The notes under the pieces: model-generated
What the model was told of the DNA's origin: nothing
The model's input: only the letters and a program-made list of their open reading frames with translations
Databases searched by the model: none
Shown: piece after piece, positions 12,249-25,659 of the stretch
Layout of the letters: each line of letters opens with the position of its first letter
How positions within the stretch are numbered: the stretch's first letter is position 1
NCBI GenBank assembly: GCA_965644295.1
Contig: CBFFRP010000435.1
Location: 124,001 to 188,000 of the forward strand
Source of the DNA: Paraphysomonas bandaiensis
Taxonomy: Eukaryota; Protista; Chrysophyceae
DNA length: 64,000 bases
Reading direction: 5' to 3'
Program-made: the position numbers and the translations under genes

Positions 12249-13428
12249 TCAAACAAAACGATTATACCACGTCCGTGATGAGAGAAAACCTTCTCTCACT
12301 ACAACCTCCTCATTAAAGTCCAATGCTTTCATTCTATCCTCGATTTCTTCAACTATTTCTCTCATGCCGTTGTAGTCACATATTCCAAGCTTGTTCCGCA
12401 AATCATGATTCCGCTCCGCAGATATATAACGAAAAAGCATTTTGAACAAATGGCCTCGTACAATTTTAGGCTGTTTGTGAAAATTATGGGCCTCAACTAG
12501 TCGTAAGTATTCCCTAACAACTTGCAGCTGAGACTTCGTGTAACTACGTCTGAAGTCATGATCTCCGGCTTCCGAGAACAGTCTTGGGTTCTCCAAGAGA
12601 GCTTCGCTACTCATGACTGCATCCGCACCTGTAGCTTCCAGACAAGCCAAAGCATCGGCTCGTGTCGAAACTCCACCGTTGGCAATAACAGGAATAGATA
12701 CCGCTTCCTTCACCTGACGAATAGCATCCCAATTAACGCTTCCTACGAACTGTTTCTTTTGATCAACCGTTCGGCCATGCACTGTAATCAATTCAACACC
12801 AATGCTCTCAATCTGCTTACATAACGTAATTGTGTCGTTAATATTCTGAAATATGCGAATCTTTGCTGTTACAGGGCATCGTAGGGATGAGGTCATACAT
12901 GACAAAATACGGATGACATGTTCCTGGTCTTGCAATAGATAAGCACCGTAGTTTCCTCTCTTAGCTATATTTTGTGGGCACCCTAACTCAATCAGCAAAG
13001 CAATTATTCAACAAAACTATGAGGTCGGGGATATAAGTACCTAGATTCAGATCGATTGCAGTCACAGTATCTTGAATGAGTAAACCTGCCTGCACAAGCG
13101 TATCGGGGTCGTTTCCATTCAATTGTGCTATTATTGGACTGTCCTTCTCTGGTTCATTTGCATATACCATCCAATCACATACATCTCTTCTGTACTTACT
13201 ATCTGCAACGATTCGCTTAGATGACAGCATCTCCGTGAATGCCAGTTCAACCCCTCCCTGGCGGACAAGTAGTCGGAAAGGGAGATCCGAGTGATCAACC
13301 ATAGGGGCAGAAACAAACTTTGGCTTTCCAATGGAGTCAAAAAAATTACCAGGACATGATGAGAAGCAATAATTGGACACGAGCTGACGATATTTAACGC
13401 GAGTGACAAATAATTTAAACCCTCTCAT
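12249..13428 (-). CDS. DUS1: tRNA-dihydrouridine synthase (DUS1-like), at least 2 exons
   Basis: APMVDHSDLPFRLL, AIDLNLG|CPQNIAKRGNYGAYL, PVTAKIR, ITVHGRT, PVIANGG and VMSSEALLENP. Intron at ~12987-13041. Confidence 0.9.
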
Positions 13429-13889
13429 TGTTTACAAATAATCACATCTTCATCAATAGAAGCACAATGAATATCACTATAAGGAAATATATCAACTAAA
13501 AAGAGGAAAGTATTAAAGAATTCAGCTACATGTAACACAAACTTTGAACGTCTTGTGTGTCCAGCTGAGTGGCTTCCATAATAGCAGCTCAGGTTCACAT
13601 CCACGATTTCGATGCATATGTAGAAAAACGCCTCACACAATAAAACTGGAGCAAATAGGACATCACCGAATTGACTTGATTGGTTGTCGTTGACTATGAC
13701 ATCATCCTAGTGCAACACTGTTTTTTACGTCGCTCTCTGCTGTGTGTATATATATGACTATAGCTCAGCATATGTGTGTGATCTCATCGCCTCGCAGTTT
13801 ATGTCATGATGTCATACTCTACCAGCTGTGGGCTGGTCATTGTAATCGCAACACAGACGAAAATGAATATATGTTGAGGTGATACTAGT

Positions 13890-14943
13890 ATGGCCACTGT
13901 AGCCGCTGTATTAAACAGCATCAGTATGGCAGGGGCGTTGTCTATCTTTCTCAGCATGGGCTTATATCCTAGCCTGGCGTCGGGAAGTGGTCGACTCATA
14001 CTCTTCATTGCGATATCTGATTTTGGTAACTCATGTTGTGGTTTTTTGCGAATGCCAGAGAGTGATGCGTTATGCTATGCCCAATCAGTTGCCTTCAACT
14101 ACTTCGGTCTGACAACGACGACCACTTCTATTTTCATATCGCGTGCAGTGTATATTCTCTTTTATCACGAGAACTCACATAATGTAATCAAACGAATTAT
14201 TAATCTTCCAATAGTATTAGCTATCTGGGGATTACCTGCTGTTCTGTGTATAATTCCAGCCGCATTTAATTCGTATGGAAGAGACCATTCTAGCAAATTC
14301 TGGTATTTAACTACATTTGAATGTTTTATTCTGTTGTAACTGTTGTGTGAAGTTGGATTCGAGATGATGTGAGTAATGTGAAAAGAATTGCTATGGTTAT
14401 GGCTCTTTTTTATATTCCACTTTGGACGTCTATGGTATATGCTGTCGCAGTATATGTTGCTGTCAGTAGTCGTATAAAGGCGATGCTGGTATGTATATAT
14501 GATGACATAGTGTGTGGATATTTCAATCTTGTTATGTTTTTCTGCAGTTGCCTAATACAGTTGAGCCGGAGCCGGTTCGCATGTCTAATGCATTCAAAAC
14601 TATACGTGTTGTGGTACAACAACTTATGTGGTTCCCTGCCGTTCTCTTATTGTGCTACTGCTTCCCAAGTATTTTTCGTATTGCTTCTTTCGTTGGTTAT
14701 CAACGCAAATGGCTAACGGAAGCTTTTAAAACTGCATATTTTCATGGATTTTTAAATGCTGTTGTGTTCTACTCACTACCTAATGTACAGCGCAAGTGGG
14801 GAGATTCGTTATATAGGAAGCTGATGTCTCTTGCGCAACTTTTAAATGCCGAAAGTTTTACTGTGGCCAGTGGAGAAAAACAAAAAGGGTCATGCGAAGT
14901 ATATCCAGGAAATGTGTGCTTTAACAGCGATTTCACGATTTAG
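13890..14943 (+). CDS. Seven-TM GPCR of the cAMP-receptor/GCR1-like class, multi-exon
   Basis: LILFIAISD, LCYAQ, SYG..FC|WI, FYIPLW, LMWFPAVLLLCY and GFLNAVVF motifs. Introns at ~14303-14352 and ~14489-14548. Both ends are uncertain. Confidence 0.75.
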
Positions 14944-15974
14944 TGTGGTCTCATCGACCTTGACCGCAAGATTGAAAGTACATGAGAGTATTCGTTGAAT
15001 TAGTGTACAGCTGTTAATGTTGAAGATGTGTGTCATTTTGTATACACTTATTGACTGTTTTTGGTTGTCGGGTACGTTACATTACATGTCTTGGTATTTT
15101 TGTTTATATTGTGATAAATGCATTCATATATAATATATTTTCATAGCTTCGTTTGTGTACCGAGCTTTAAATAGGAAAACTCATAGTGTAATGATTAGGA
15201 AATTTCTCTCCATTTGAATACAAATGTGGGATTTGCTATCCTAGTCTTTTTTGGACATCGTTTAATTGCTAGTTGGCTTCCAGACTCTAATAAAAACAGC
15301 TAGCCAATTACTGATATTGTCAGCATTATTAATTATTATCAAAAACACCAGTATTTCTAAGCTGTATACTTTGACTGTATTGAAAACGTCACTACTGATG
15401 AAAAAATATATATGGAACTATATTGTCAGTTCCAGCTTTTCTACAAAGTGAACTTCTGATAATACAGTTTCTTGTATAGATAACCTTCAAATGACAAGCA
15501 ATAACAGTATCCCTTTTTGTCAACTTCTTGTGGTTTAATATTGCCTTAGAGCAAATATTATGTGCTTAAAGTATCAGATACTACACTCGCCAGGACTGCG
15601 TAACAATTACTTATAGTTGTCAATTATAGTGGCAATTGCTACTTGCTGTCCCCATAAATTTCATTGCAATTAATTGATACTAAACTACGTACATAGTATA
15701 TTGCTGCCAACATAGCTTGTTCAACTGTAATTTCATTCCAGCGGCAACGATTCATCCGTAAAAACATATAGGTAGCTCTAAATGTCGAGGAGTCATACTC
15801 TTGCGCAGATCCGTCATAGCAATCTTAGCTCTACTGAATAATCTTTTAACCTTATTTTAGTTGTTTCATGCTACGGTGTCGAGTTTGCTTGTTAAGGCGT
15901 GTTCCTGTTACCATCATTCTGAACTATTTTCTCGCTGTCATCATCATTCTCTTCCTCACTGAGAAAAAATATTC

Positions 15975-16035
15975 AACCTAGTCAATTTGGTGTAATTTTT
16001 TATTTACACCAAAATTGGTGTAAAAACCTAGTCAA
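15975..16035. repeat. Dispersed CCTAGTCA / ACACCAAAATTGGTGT repeat
   Basis: A near-identical block occurs at ~48278-48340. Confidence 0.7.
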
Positions 16036-16099
16036 GTAGTAGGTAGTAAGCTTAAGTATATACTTTTTACTAGATACGTGTAGTTTGTACCGCTTGTGG

Positions 16100-16638
16100 C
16101 CCTCAACAAAGTCAGACTCGCTCCTTCTCGTGGTGTTCTGGTGGATAAGTACCAGAGATATTTCTCCGGGCAGCTATCGTGAGCCGCAAATATAGGCAGC
16201 AGATAGTGTTCTGCCCACTCATAGCCAAATGCTTGTGTGGTACAAGGGACACCAATAAGTGTCACTTGTGTAGACGTCTTTGGGCCTTGACAAATAAACA
16301 GGCATCCGGAAATGGGACCACCTCAAGTGCATCCGGGACAGGTCTCAAACCAGGGCATTGGGCTGCCTGCTGTAGTCAAGCACCCGGGATGTTCACCTTA
16401 AGGACTCAACAAACCTGGAGTTAGCAGATGTCAGGTATATCAATATTCTGCTTGTTCACGGTGGTTGCACATTGGTGCTTACGCACATGCAGCCTCCGTA
16501 GCGTTAAATAGTAGGATAATAGAGTGTGTACTAGTTAGTAACAGGTAGGCGTCTATCTAGCTTGACTAGTTTTCTTGTAGCTACTGAACTGTTGCTGATT
16601 CTTAACGCCTATTGCTAATAATAAAACTTTCAATACAA
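16100..16638 (+). mobile_element. SINE-like retroposon, body B plus shared 3' module
   Basis: Perfect 12-bp TSD TACCGCTTGTGG (16088-16099 and 16639-16650). Starts CCCTCAACAAAG and ends ...ACTTTCAATACAA. Homologous to 36072-36588. Confidence 0.85.
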
Positions 16639-16754
16639 TACCGCTTGTGGTTATACGCACTCGAGTTTATTGTATAGAAACTATTCCAATAGTAATATCC
16701 CAATTTCAATTACTTGAAAACTAATGATATTTTGTGCAGCCCTGATACTTAGAG

Positions 16755-17130
16755 TCCGTCAACAAAGTTGGACTAGTCGTGGTATTCTGAGGGTTAAGTA
16801 CCGGAGAGATTGTCACTGCAGATAATGTTCTGCCCACTCATAGCCTAATACTTGTGTGACGCAAGGAACACCAATGAATATCACTTGTATAGAAGACTTA
16901 GGCTGTGACGAATATAAACACTCATCCGGGAATAGAGGATAATCTGACGGTTATCCGGGATTTTGGGTTGCCTGCTAAAGTCATGCTTCCCGGATGAGTT
17001 CACCTTAATGACTCAAAAATCCTGAAGCCAATATTTTGCTTGTTCACTCCGTTTTCTTTTAGTAATTGATAGGGAGAATGGTTGGAGCGAGACAAAAATA
17101 GTTCTCGTAGCGTTACATAGAAGAATCATA
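16755..17130 (+). mobile_element. Older decayed copy of the body-B retroposon
   Basis: Colinear with 16100-16460 with deletions. A remnant GTAGCGTTACATAG of the 3' module sits at ~17107. Confidence 0.7.
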
Positions 17131-17319
17131 GCAATAGTGTTCATGTGTTTATAAAATTTACTTTAGAAATAACAGCGTAAAACAAGAACTACACGCCAAC
17201 AATAAATTGAAATTGTGATGACTATTTCTCATCATTCACTGCAAATTGCTATGTTGTTTGACTTCGCTATGCCTATAAATAATTTACGACATTGAGCACC
17301 CAAAATCTAACATAACTAC

Positions 17320-17920
17320 AATATTTCAGTTTATCCCAGTGTATTCTTAACGGACTCGATGAGCTCAGACCAGTGGGCTGGTTCAATAGGGAGGCAACAC
17401 TATCAACAAAAACATACGCAACAGACATACATAGAACAACAATAAAGCTCCGGTGAGTAAATTGTAGACTAGCAATAGCCTTATCATTTTCCTGTATATT
17501 TATATTTTACATAATATTTTACTTGTTGTAGTCTACTATACACTAACAAGCTAAAGTAATTTTCCTGTATTTCCCTTCACACAAATCGTGTTCATCACTT
17601 GGACACATATCCCACTTGATATGAGCAACATCCACTGAAGTAAGGCCACCAAGAAAACCTACTCGTGCTAATACATGCATCATCTTCCATAGATGTGGCG
17701 TATCACCTTCAGGCCAACTTATGAAAAATTACATTCATAGTACTCAGAGGGACACCACTTGGTTTTTCTATTGTATCAGCATCCGTACTCGTTAGGTTAG
17801 AGTGGGCGACATGCTGACAGAAGTTGGCCCTTGAAGCACATATTGTATTGGAAATTTAAGCCTACACTTCTTCCCAATGGGGTCTTTTACACCATTAGTG
17901 TATCTAAGTCAATTTTAGAC
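17320..17920 (-). pseudogene. PIF/Harbinger transposase fossil
   Basis: Minus-strand translation gives ARVGFLGGLTSVDVAHIKWDMCP..LCEGK..TLAC*CIVD and HWSELIESVKN, matching the Harbinger GFPG.GS.D..H..W..CP and WS..LES.RK motifs. Stops and frameshifts are present. Confidence 0.7.
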
Positions 17921-18354
17921 CTTTGATTGCACCATCTTCGTGATATACTATAACAATGTGCCTCCAAATGATTGGAAATAAGCGATTGAGGTCAAAACAA
18001 AAGGCACCTTCATTTGTATTGTCATCATATTGCTGTCTGAGGTTTCTATGCTCAGAGTTATGTATATGAACTTAACTTACTTGTGGTGATTTCTAGATTT
18101 TGGATATGAGGTGAAGAGAGGAATACCGAATACTACAGTGGAGTAGCTTCGTAGGAATTCCTGTTGTTGTTCTCACTGTCGGCATCATCATCAGCAGATA
18201 CACCACGGCGGCCTGTCATTGGCCACAACCAGTCATCAGAAGCTTTCTTCGTCATATAAGCAGCATGTAAAGCACATATGAAGCATATACCTGAAACATA
18301 CCCATACTACATTGACCTTATCTTAGTATTGACAGTGTATCTAGTACAATAAAA

Positions 18355-19205
18355 ATGTTTTCGAAGTCTTGTATCTTTCTTCTTTCAGTGGCGGGTTCTG
18401 TATCTGCGTCATGGTTTGCTGCCGATGTCTATACCAGCCCAGATTCATGTACCGCCAGTGGAGATATTCAAGTGTCTGTTTTAAAAGAAATTGGAGTTTG
18501 CATGGAACTTCCGGATGTATGTTGGATTATATTCATTTGTAATTATCTTATTTTATATGTAAACAGGGACTTCCAGAGCCATTCAGTGCTGTAAAGAGTT
18601 ACAAGATTGGGTTAGTAGTCCCTTCATCATGTCATTACTATTCTAATATTGTGTAATTAAATAGATCGTGCAGTGAGAGTGGAGACTTTGTGGCCGTTGA
18701 GTTTGATGCATACATGAAATCTGGCTGCAGTGGAATTAAAATTCCATACAAAATGGATGATAAGATTCCGTCTGGTTGTGTAAACAACACCCGAATCAGT
18801 TGTCCGAGTTCTCATGTGTCTTTGACTGAGAAGTGGCCATCAGCAGGTGTATACTTAGAGGACGAAACGTGTTCCAACCTTGGTGGTATGGTAAACGTTC
18901 GCCCAGACTGTGCATCCATCACATCTCCGGTGGGAGATTTCAGTACCGCGGTGAGCTGCGCCACAGCTGACGAGATTAACATCAAAGTGTACAATGAGAC
19001 ACTCACATGCTCTGATGGTGTCCTTTCACAAGATTTGTCATATCCTGCTGGGGTCTGCACTCTTCTTGGAGATATTCCGATTCCTACTCTTTACCCTACA
19101 ATTCGACCATTAAATGCTGTCGAGAGCGCACTGACCTACCCTCTGTATAGTGTAGAGGATATCGTCCTCACCGGATACTACAAAGCATCTTGCGATGGCT
19201 TGTAA
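18355..19205 (+). CDS. Secreted cysteine-rich protein of unknown function, 3 exons
   Basis: Signal peptide MFSKSCIFLLSVAGSVSA and regularly spaced cysteines. Introns at ~18517-18567 and ~18610-18664. Confidence 0.65.
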
Positions 19206-19679
19206 AAGCTTCATATTTCAATGAAATTATTGACAATAATTTCTATTAGCATGGATTTGCTAACTGATTTAACATGATATAGATATCTATGACATCTCGA
19301 TATCAATACTGAAATGCCAGACTGTAAAAATTTTCTTCGAAATTCTTCACAAACCTGTTGGGCGTGTCATTAACCTAATATGATCATTCTTTTAGTTGCC
19401 ATGGCGTTAGAGTTAGTCGTGTGTTGCAGTGCATCGACGACCAAGTTAGGCACTTATGCTTCTGCAACCTGCAACCTAGCTATAGATATTCCGCGCTTGC
19501 CTTTAGCTGAGTGCCTAACACCACCATTCCGTAGGTATCACGTATAGGTTAATTATCATGTACCTATAGGAGCTAGCGCACAGCGTACACTACCTATAGC
19601 CTATAAAGTATAAAGGTACCAGACATATAGACCTAAAATCTACGTATATGTAAAAAGTAAAAAACATGTTTTTTTAAGG

Positions 19680-20141
19680 CAGGGTTGCGTAACAATTAAT
19701 TGCAATTAAATTGCACATAGTTCTTAGCAACTAAATTGCAATTATTAGTTATAACTCGCACAATTAGAATTGCAATTTAATTGCCAATTATTGTCTAATT
19801 AAATTATGTACTCAATACAAGCACGAATAGCATATTCCATATTCAACCTTATATAAGAGCCTCTAAGAACATACTAATAGCGCAAGAAGGAACATAAGAG
19901 CCTCTAATCGATGAGGTGCCATAGATTTGCGCAAATCACTCATGTAGTGCGTAGTCGCTTCTGTTCTTGGTGCGCTTGGTGTCTTCTCGTCAGTGAGTCT
20001 TTTTTTTTCTTTATCAGTTCTGTCCAGCAGAAATCGTTTGAACTGCACCTTTTCAGGTCGAGTGAGAGTATTGTTCTCCAATCTCCTTTGTGCTTTCACC
20101 ACAGCATTTTTGAAGGTCTGATTCATAATTATGTCCGCATC
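19680..20141 (-). mobile_element. Older hAT remnant (host of the 20142 element; continues after 21816)
   Basis: End sequence CAGGGTTGCGTAACAATT with AATTGC repeats. ORF 19863-20198 contains FKNAVVKAQ..ENNTLT and DLRKSMAPHRLEALMFL. Confidence 0.75.
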
Positions 20142-21808
20142 CAGGCTTGCGTAACCATTAATGGCCTTCCCCCATAAAATGGAAAAAAAGCAATTCATTA
20201 ATGGCCATTAAAATGGGGGAGAGATGTAGTGCCCATTAATGGCCATTAATGGCAATATCCATTAGTTAGTATCCAGTTGTCAGCATCATGTGAGAATACG
20301 TGACAAGCCACGACCTTCCGGTGCATTATTAGTTATTAATATATTATATACGTATTTAAGTCATTTAAACAATCTGTTTTAAGAATTCGTATAAATTCTA
20401 TTGATGTGATAACAGCACAATCATGTTGTGAATGTTAACATATGGTCAGATGGTAAAGGCAATGTAACAACTGTATTGTTGTGTTGTGGTCCACAGGATG
20501 AGGTGGACGATGACGATAATGATGAAGATATTGACTTTACAGCTGAGTCTATCGGAGATTACATTTTCGACGAATTAAATCTTGTTGGTCGCAATTTTGA
20601 TAACATTGAATTCGTGGCTGGTGATAACTGTAGCGTCAACAGAAAATTGGCACGATTGCTCCGAGTGCCTTTACTGGGTTGCGCATCTCACAAATTAAAC
20701 CTTGCAGTTTCCAAACTTTATAAAGGTGAAGATGATTTGCTAGACGTAGTGCAAAATCTTATGAAGAAACTACGAACCTTGAAGAATTCATCAAGGTTAC
20801 GAAAAGTATCTGGTTATGCTGCTTGTCTTAGGAATGACACACGCTGGAACTCTGTCCATCATTCATGGAAGCGGTATTTGTTACTTTCTCCTGTGTTGAC
20901 TTGTGATAACTTTAATGACGATGTTACTGACTTGCTACCTTCTGTACCACAGCACCGACGGATCGCGCAAGTAACATCAGACCTTGCTAAGTGCAACGAA
21001 GTTGCATTGATGCTGCAGAAATCGTCTGTAGATCATTATGTTGTGCGTAGCATGTTCGACAAACTTATTGAAAACTTTCCAGATATGGAACAGTATCTTG
21101 GTGCTAATGCTACCATTACAACTGACCCATTATTCGAGAGAGCTGTTGTGAAGATCCAAAGCCAACTGGAGAATACTCTGACTGTTGCAGAATCTAAAAC
21201 CGTTAAGGGCTATCTCCTTGCGGCTCATAAGGATGACGATAGCAGTGGCGATGATGAAACGGGGGAAACAGGAGGATTTGCTGTGGATATAGTGAGAGAA
21301 GCTGTGGCAAAAAAGGCAAAGAACAGCAGGAGAGCCACTAAATATCGCTCCATGAATCATTTGGTGACGACTTCCAATATTGTTGAGCGATTATTTAGCA
21401 GAGCAAAACTTATTATGAGAGACCAGCGCAAGCTAATGGAACCCCAACATTTGGAGCTGCTACTCTTTTTGCGTTGCAACAAATTCTTATGGAACGAAGT
21501 TACCATTGATGATATTATAGTTGCTGATGATGTTTAAGAATATTGTTCGTATTAGCTATCTGACCTGACTGTAACATGGGAACGAACTGCTCATCATTGC
21601 TGTTAAATAGCTAGTACTTAGTCTAATTATTAGCACTTTCCATTTACTTCTTTCTATAAAGCAATAAAGCAATAGTAATCAAACCATAAATGGTCCATTA
21701 ATGGCCATTAATGGCCATAAAAATGGTGGGATTTTTAAAATTAATGGCCATAAAAATGGGGGAAGCAATGCGTCGCCATTAATGGCCATTAATGGTTACG
21801 CAAGCCTG
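20142..21808 (+). mobile_element. hAT DNA transposon with intact ends (1667 bp)
   Basis: Perfect 25-bp TIR CAGGCTTGCGTAACCATTAATGGCC. Perfect 8-bp TSD TCCGCATC (20134-20141 and 21809-21816). ATTAATGGCC subterminal repeats. Confidence 0.95.
20428..21537 (+). CDS. hAT transposase, N-terminally truncated
   Basis: GDNCSVN, GCASHKLNLAV (CxxH), TRWNS and SNIVERLFSRAK motifs. There is no BED finger and no ATG at the ORF start. Confidence 0.85.
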   Translation: MNVNIWSDGKGNVTTVLLCCGPQDEVDDDDNDEDIDFTAESIGDYIFDELNLVGRNFDNIEFVAGDNCSVNRKLARLLRVPLLGCASHKLNLAVSKLYKGEDDLLDVVQNLMKKLRTLKNSSRLRKVSGYAACLRNDTRWNSVHHSWKRYLLLSPVLTCDNFNDDVTDLLPSVPQHRRIAQVTSDLAKCNEVALMLQKSSVDHYVVRSMFDKLIENFPDMEQYLGANATITTDPLFERAVVKIQSQLENTLTVAESKTVKGYLLAAHKDDDSSGDDETGETGGFAVDIVREAVAKKAKNSRRATKYRSMNHLVTTSNIVERLFSRAKLIMRDQRKLMEPQHLELLLFLRCNKFLWNEVTIDDIIVADDV

Positions 21809-22302
21809 TCCGCATCCACACCAAGGTGGTGGCTAGTATACTAAATGGCCATCGTCTTTAATGTTTTGCGCTATATTCTAACCTAGCTAAAACGCTAAAC
21901 CTTTCTTGATAGCGCACACAATAAAAATGCCGGGATTAAAAAAATCAATGCCTTGTGGGATACCAGGGCGAGCTGGATACGACATTACAATTGCTTAGGT
22001 TAATCAGCACTATCACTTTATCAGGGCACGCTCTCAGAATGGGACACAAACCAATGGTTTACTTAAATTTATCCAATATAGAAATTTCTCATGTACTGGT
22101 TAAATTTCATAAAAACTACAAATATATGACGTCCCTGTGTAGCTTCTAAGGTTGAATGATGAAAGAAAGTTTGTTCTCAATACGAGTTAATATTTTTAAT
22201 TAATGCGTATTTCAAATAAAAAAAATTCCGATCGAAAGGTCATATGATAACCGTTCACATAACCTACGACATATTGTAGAAGCAAGATCTACAATTTGAC
22301 GA

Positions 22303-22782
22303 CTACTTCGAAGTGACGAGAGGGATTTTCTTTCCAGGTGCAGCGGCATCAAGTTTCGGTAGTGTAATTGAGAGCACCCCTCCTTCTAGAGTAGCAGTTG
22401 CATTATCCTGATCAGCATTAGATGGAAGTTTTATAGTTCGCTTTAATTCTCCGAAAAATCGCTCTCGTCGATGTTCGATGCCAACGTCGCGCTCACGAGT
22501 CTGTTCTCGAGTCACCCGTAAGGCAAGCATTCCATTTTCAATTTTAAGTTCAACGTCTTCATCCTTTGCCCCTGGAACATCTGCATGGACGAGAAAAGAA
22601 TCGCCGGTCTCTATAATATCCATGAAAAGATTCTGAGGTGCCATTGTGGACAGCATAGAAGGGAATCCCGATCTTGTGGAGGGCCACGTTTCCAACGGAT
22701 CAGCAAACGGATCTCTTGAAGATCGTTCCAGTAACATATCCGAAAGAAATCCTGGTGATCGAGTAAAAGGCAAGAGCGACAT
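22303..22782 (-). CDS. Small heat shock protein (Hsp20/alpha-crystallin domain)
   Basis: MDIIETGDSFLVHADVPG, RERFFGELKRTIKLP and ATLEGGVLSITLPK. Confidence 0.93.
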   Translation of the reverse strand: MSLLPFTRSPGFLSDMLLERSSRDPFADPLETWPSTRSGFPSMLSTMAPQNLFMDIIETGDSFLVHADVPGAKDEDVELKIENGMLALRVTREQTRERDVGIEHRRERFFGELKRTIKLPSNADQDNATATLEGGVLSITLPKLDAAAPGKKIPLVTSK

Positions 22783-23313
22783 TGATATAACTTGTTAATG
22801 GACTCTGTGGTTTATTGTGACTGTGATTATGATTCTGATGAGGAATCATTATTAAGACTATTCGTATTCACTTACAGGTACGTGAAAACATATTCACGTT
22901 CACATACTCTATCCTCAACTTACTTCTCTCACTTCGCCCCTGTCGGTGGGATGTGTTGGAATCGCATAGCTGGATCATATCTTTCACACCATAGATACGA
23001 CACACCGGCCCCACATGATGCACCAGAGGCAGTATACCGTATATATATGAATCAGAAGCTACTGAAGCCCGTTTCTCCCATTTTACTATATCTGTGGTGA
23101 GTATGAGGACAATTTTCTAATAGAAGGTATAGAACGCCTGTTTTTCCAATTTCTTTAGTGTGTGGTGAGTATGAGTGCGAATATGAAGATGAGTTTGTGG
23201 TCAGGAAGTGGAATTCCAGAACCTAATATCGAATTATTGCTATGCACCAACACACATCGTGTAATACTGCATTAAATTTACATCACTTCACTTTACATTA
23301 CTATCCAGTGTAG

Positions 23314-25144
<1,831 letters not shown>

Positions 25145-25659
25145 GCTGCTCAAACTAGCGCTGGTATTGAGAGCATTGCATATGACGCGGACACAATTTT
25201 AAGTCGTGCATGACTATAAGTTAGTTAAGGGGAAATAGTGTCTCCAGTTTAAGTCGTGCGGAAATGTGTTGTAATGTTTTCAAATTCTAAGAGTAGTCTA
25301 TTGTAGCAGTATTATTTTAATAATGAATTTTATTGCGCACCCATAGACAATGTTACATGATAGTAAATGGGAAATATCACACTCACCAGATTAGCTACTG
25401 CCGATTATATTCCTCAAGAATGTCATTTTAGATTCGTAGTCTAGCCTCTATGCCGTCACTTCCTGGATACTTAATGCTTTCGCAACCATTCTATGTGATC
25501 TACACTAATTATTTATTATACGCCAACTACAATTTTGACTCTAGTCAAAACTATCTACCATCTCTCTATCTACCATCAAACAAAACATTAAATATACACT
25601 ATACACGAAACACCTCATGGCAGCTCACAATACGTACTTCAACAAGTCGTTTCGAATCT

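Larger units (their letters stand above)
15591..16744 (-). mobile_element. Decayed hAT element carrying nested insertions
   Basis: Imperfect TIRs CAGGACTGCG ... GCAGCCCTG. Minus-strand remnant KRLFSRAKIAMTDLRKSMTPRHLE..MFLRMNR (hAT C-terminal region). The TSD is degenerate. Confidence 0.7.

Noticed and set aside
19445-19519. 10-bp inverted repeat GTTAGGCACT/AGTGCCTAAC
   Set aside because: Single copy, no TSD, and too short to call a MITE or ncRNA.
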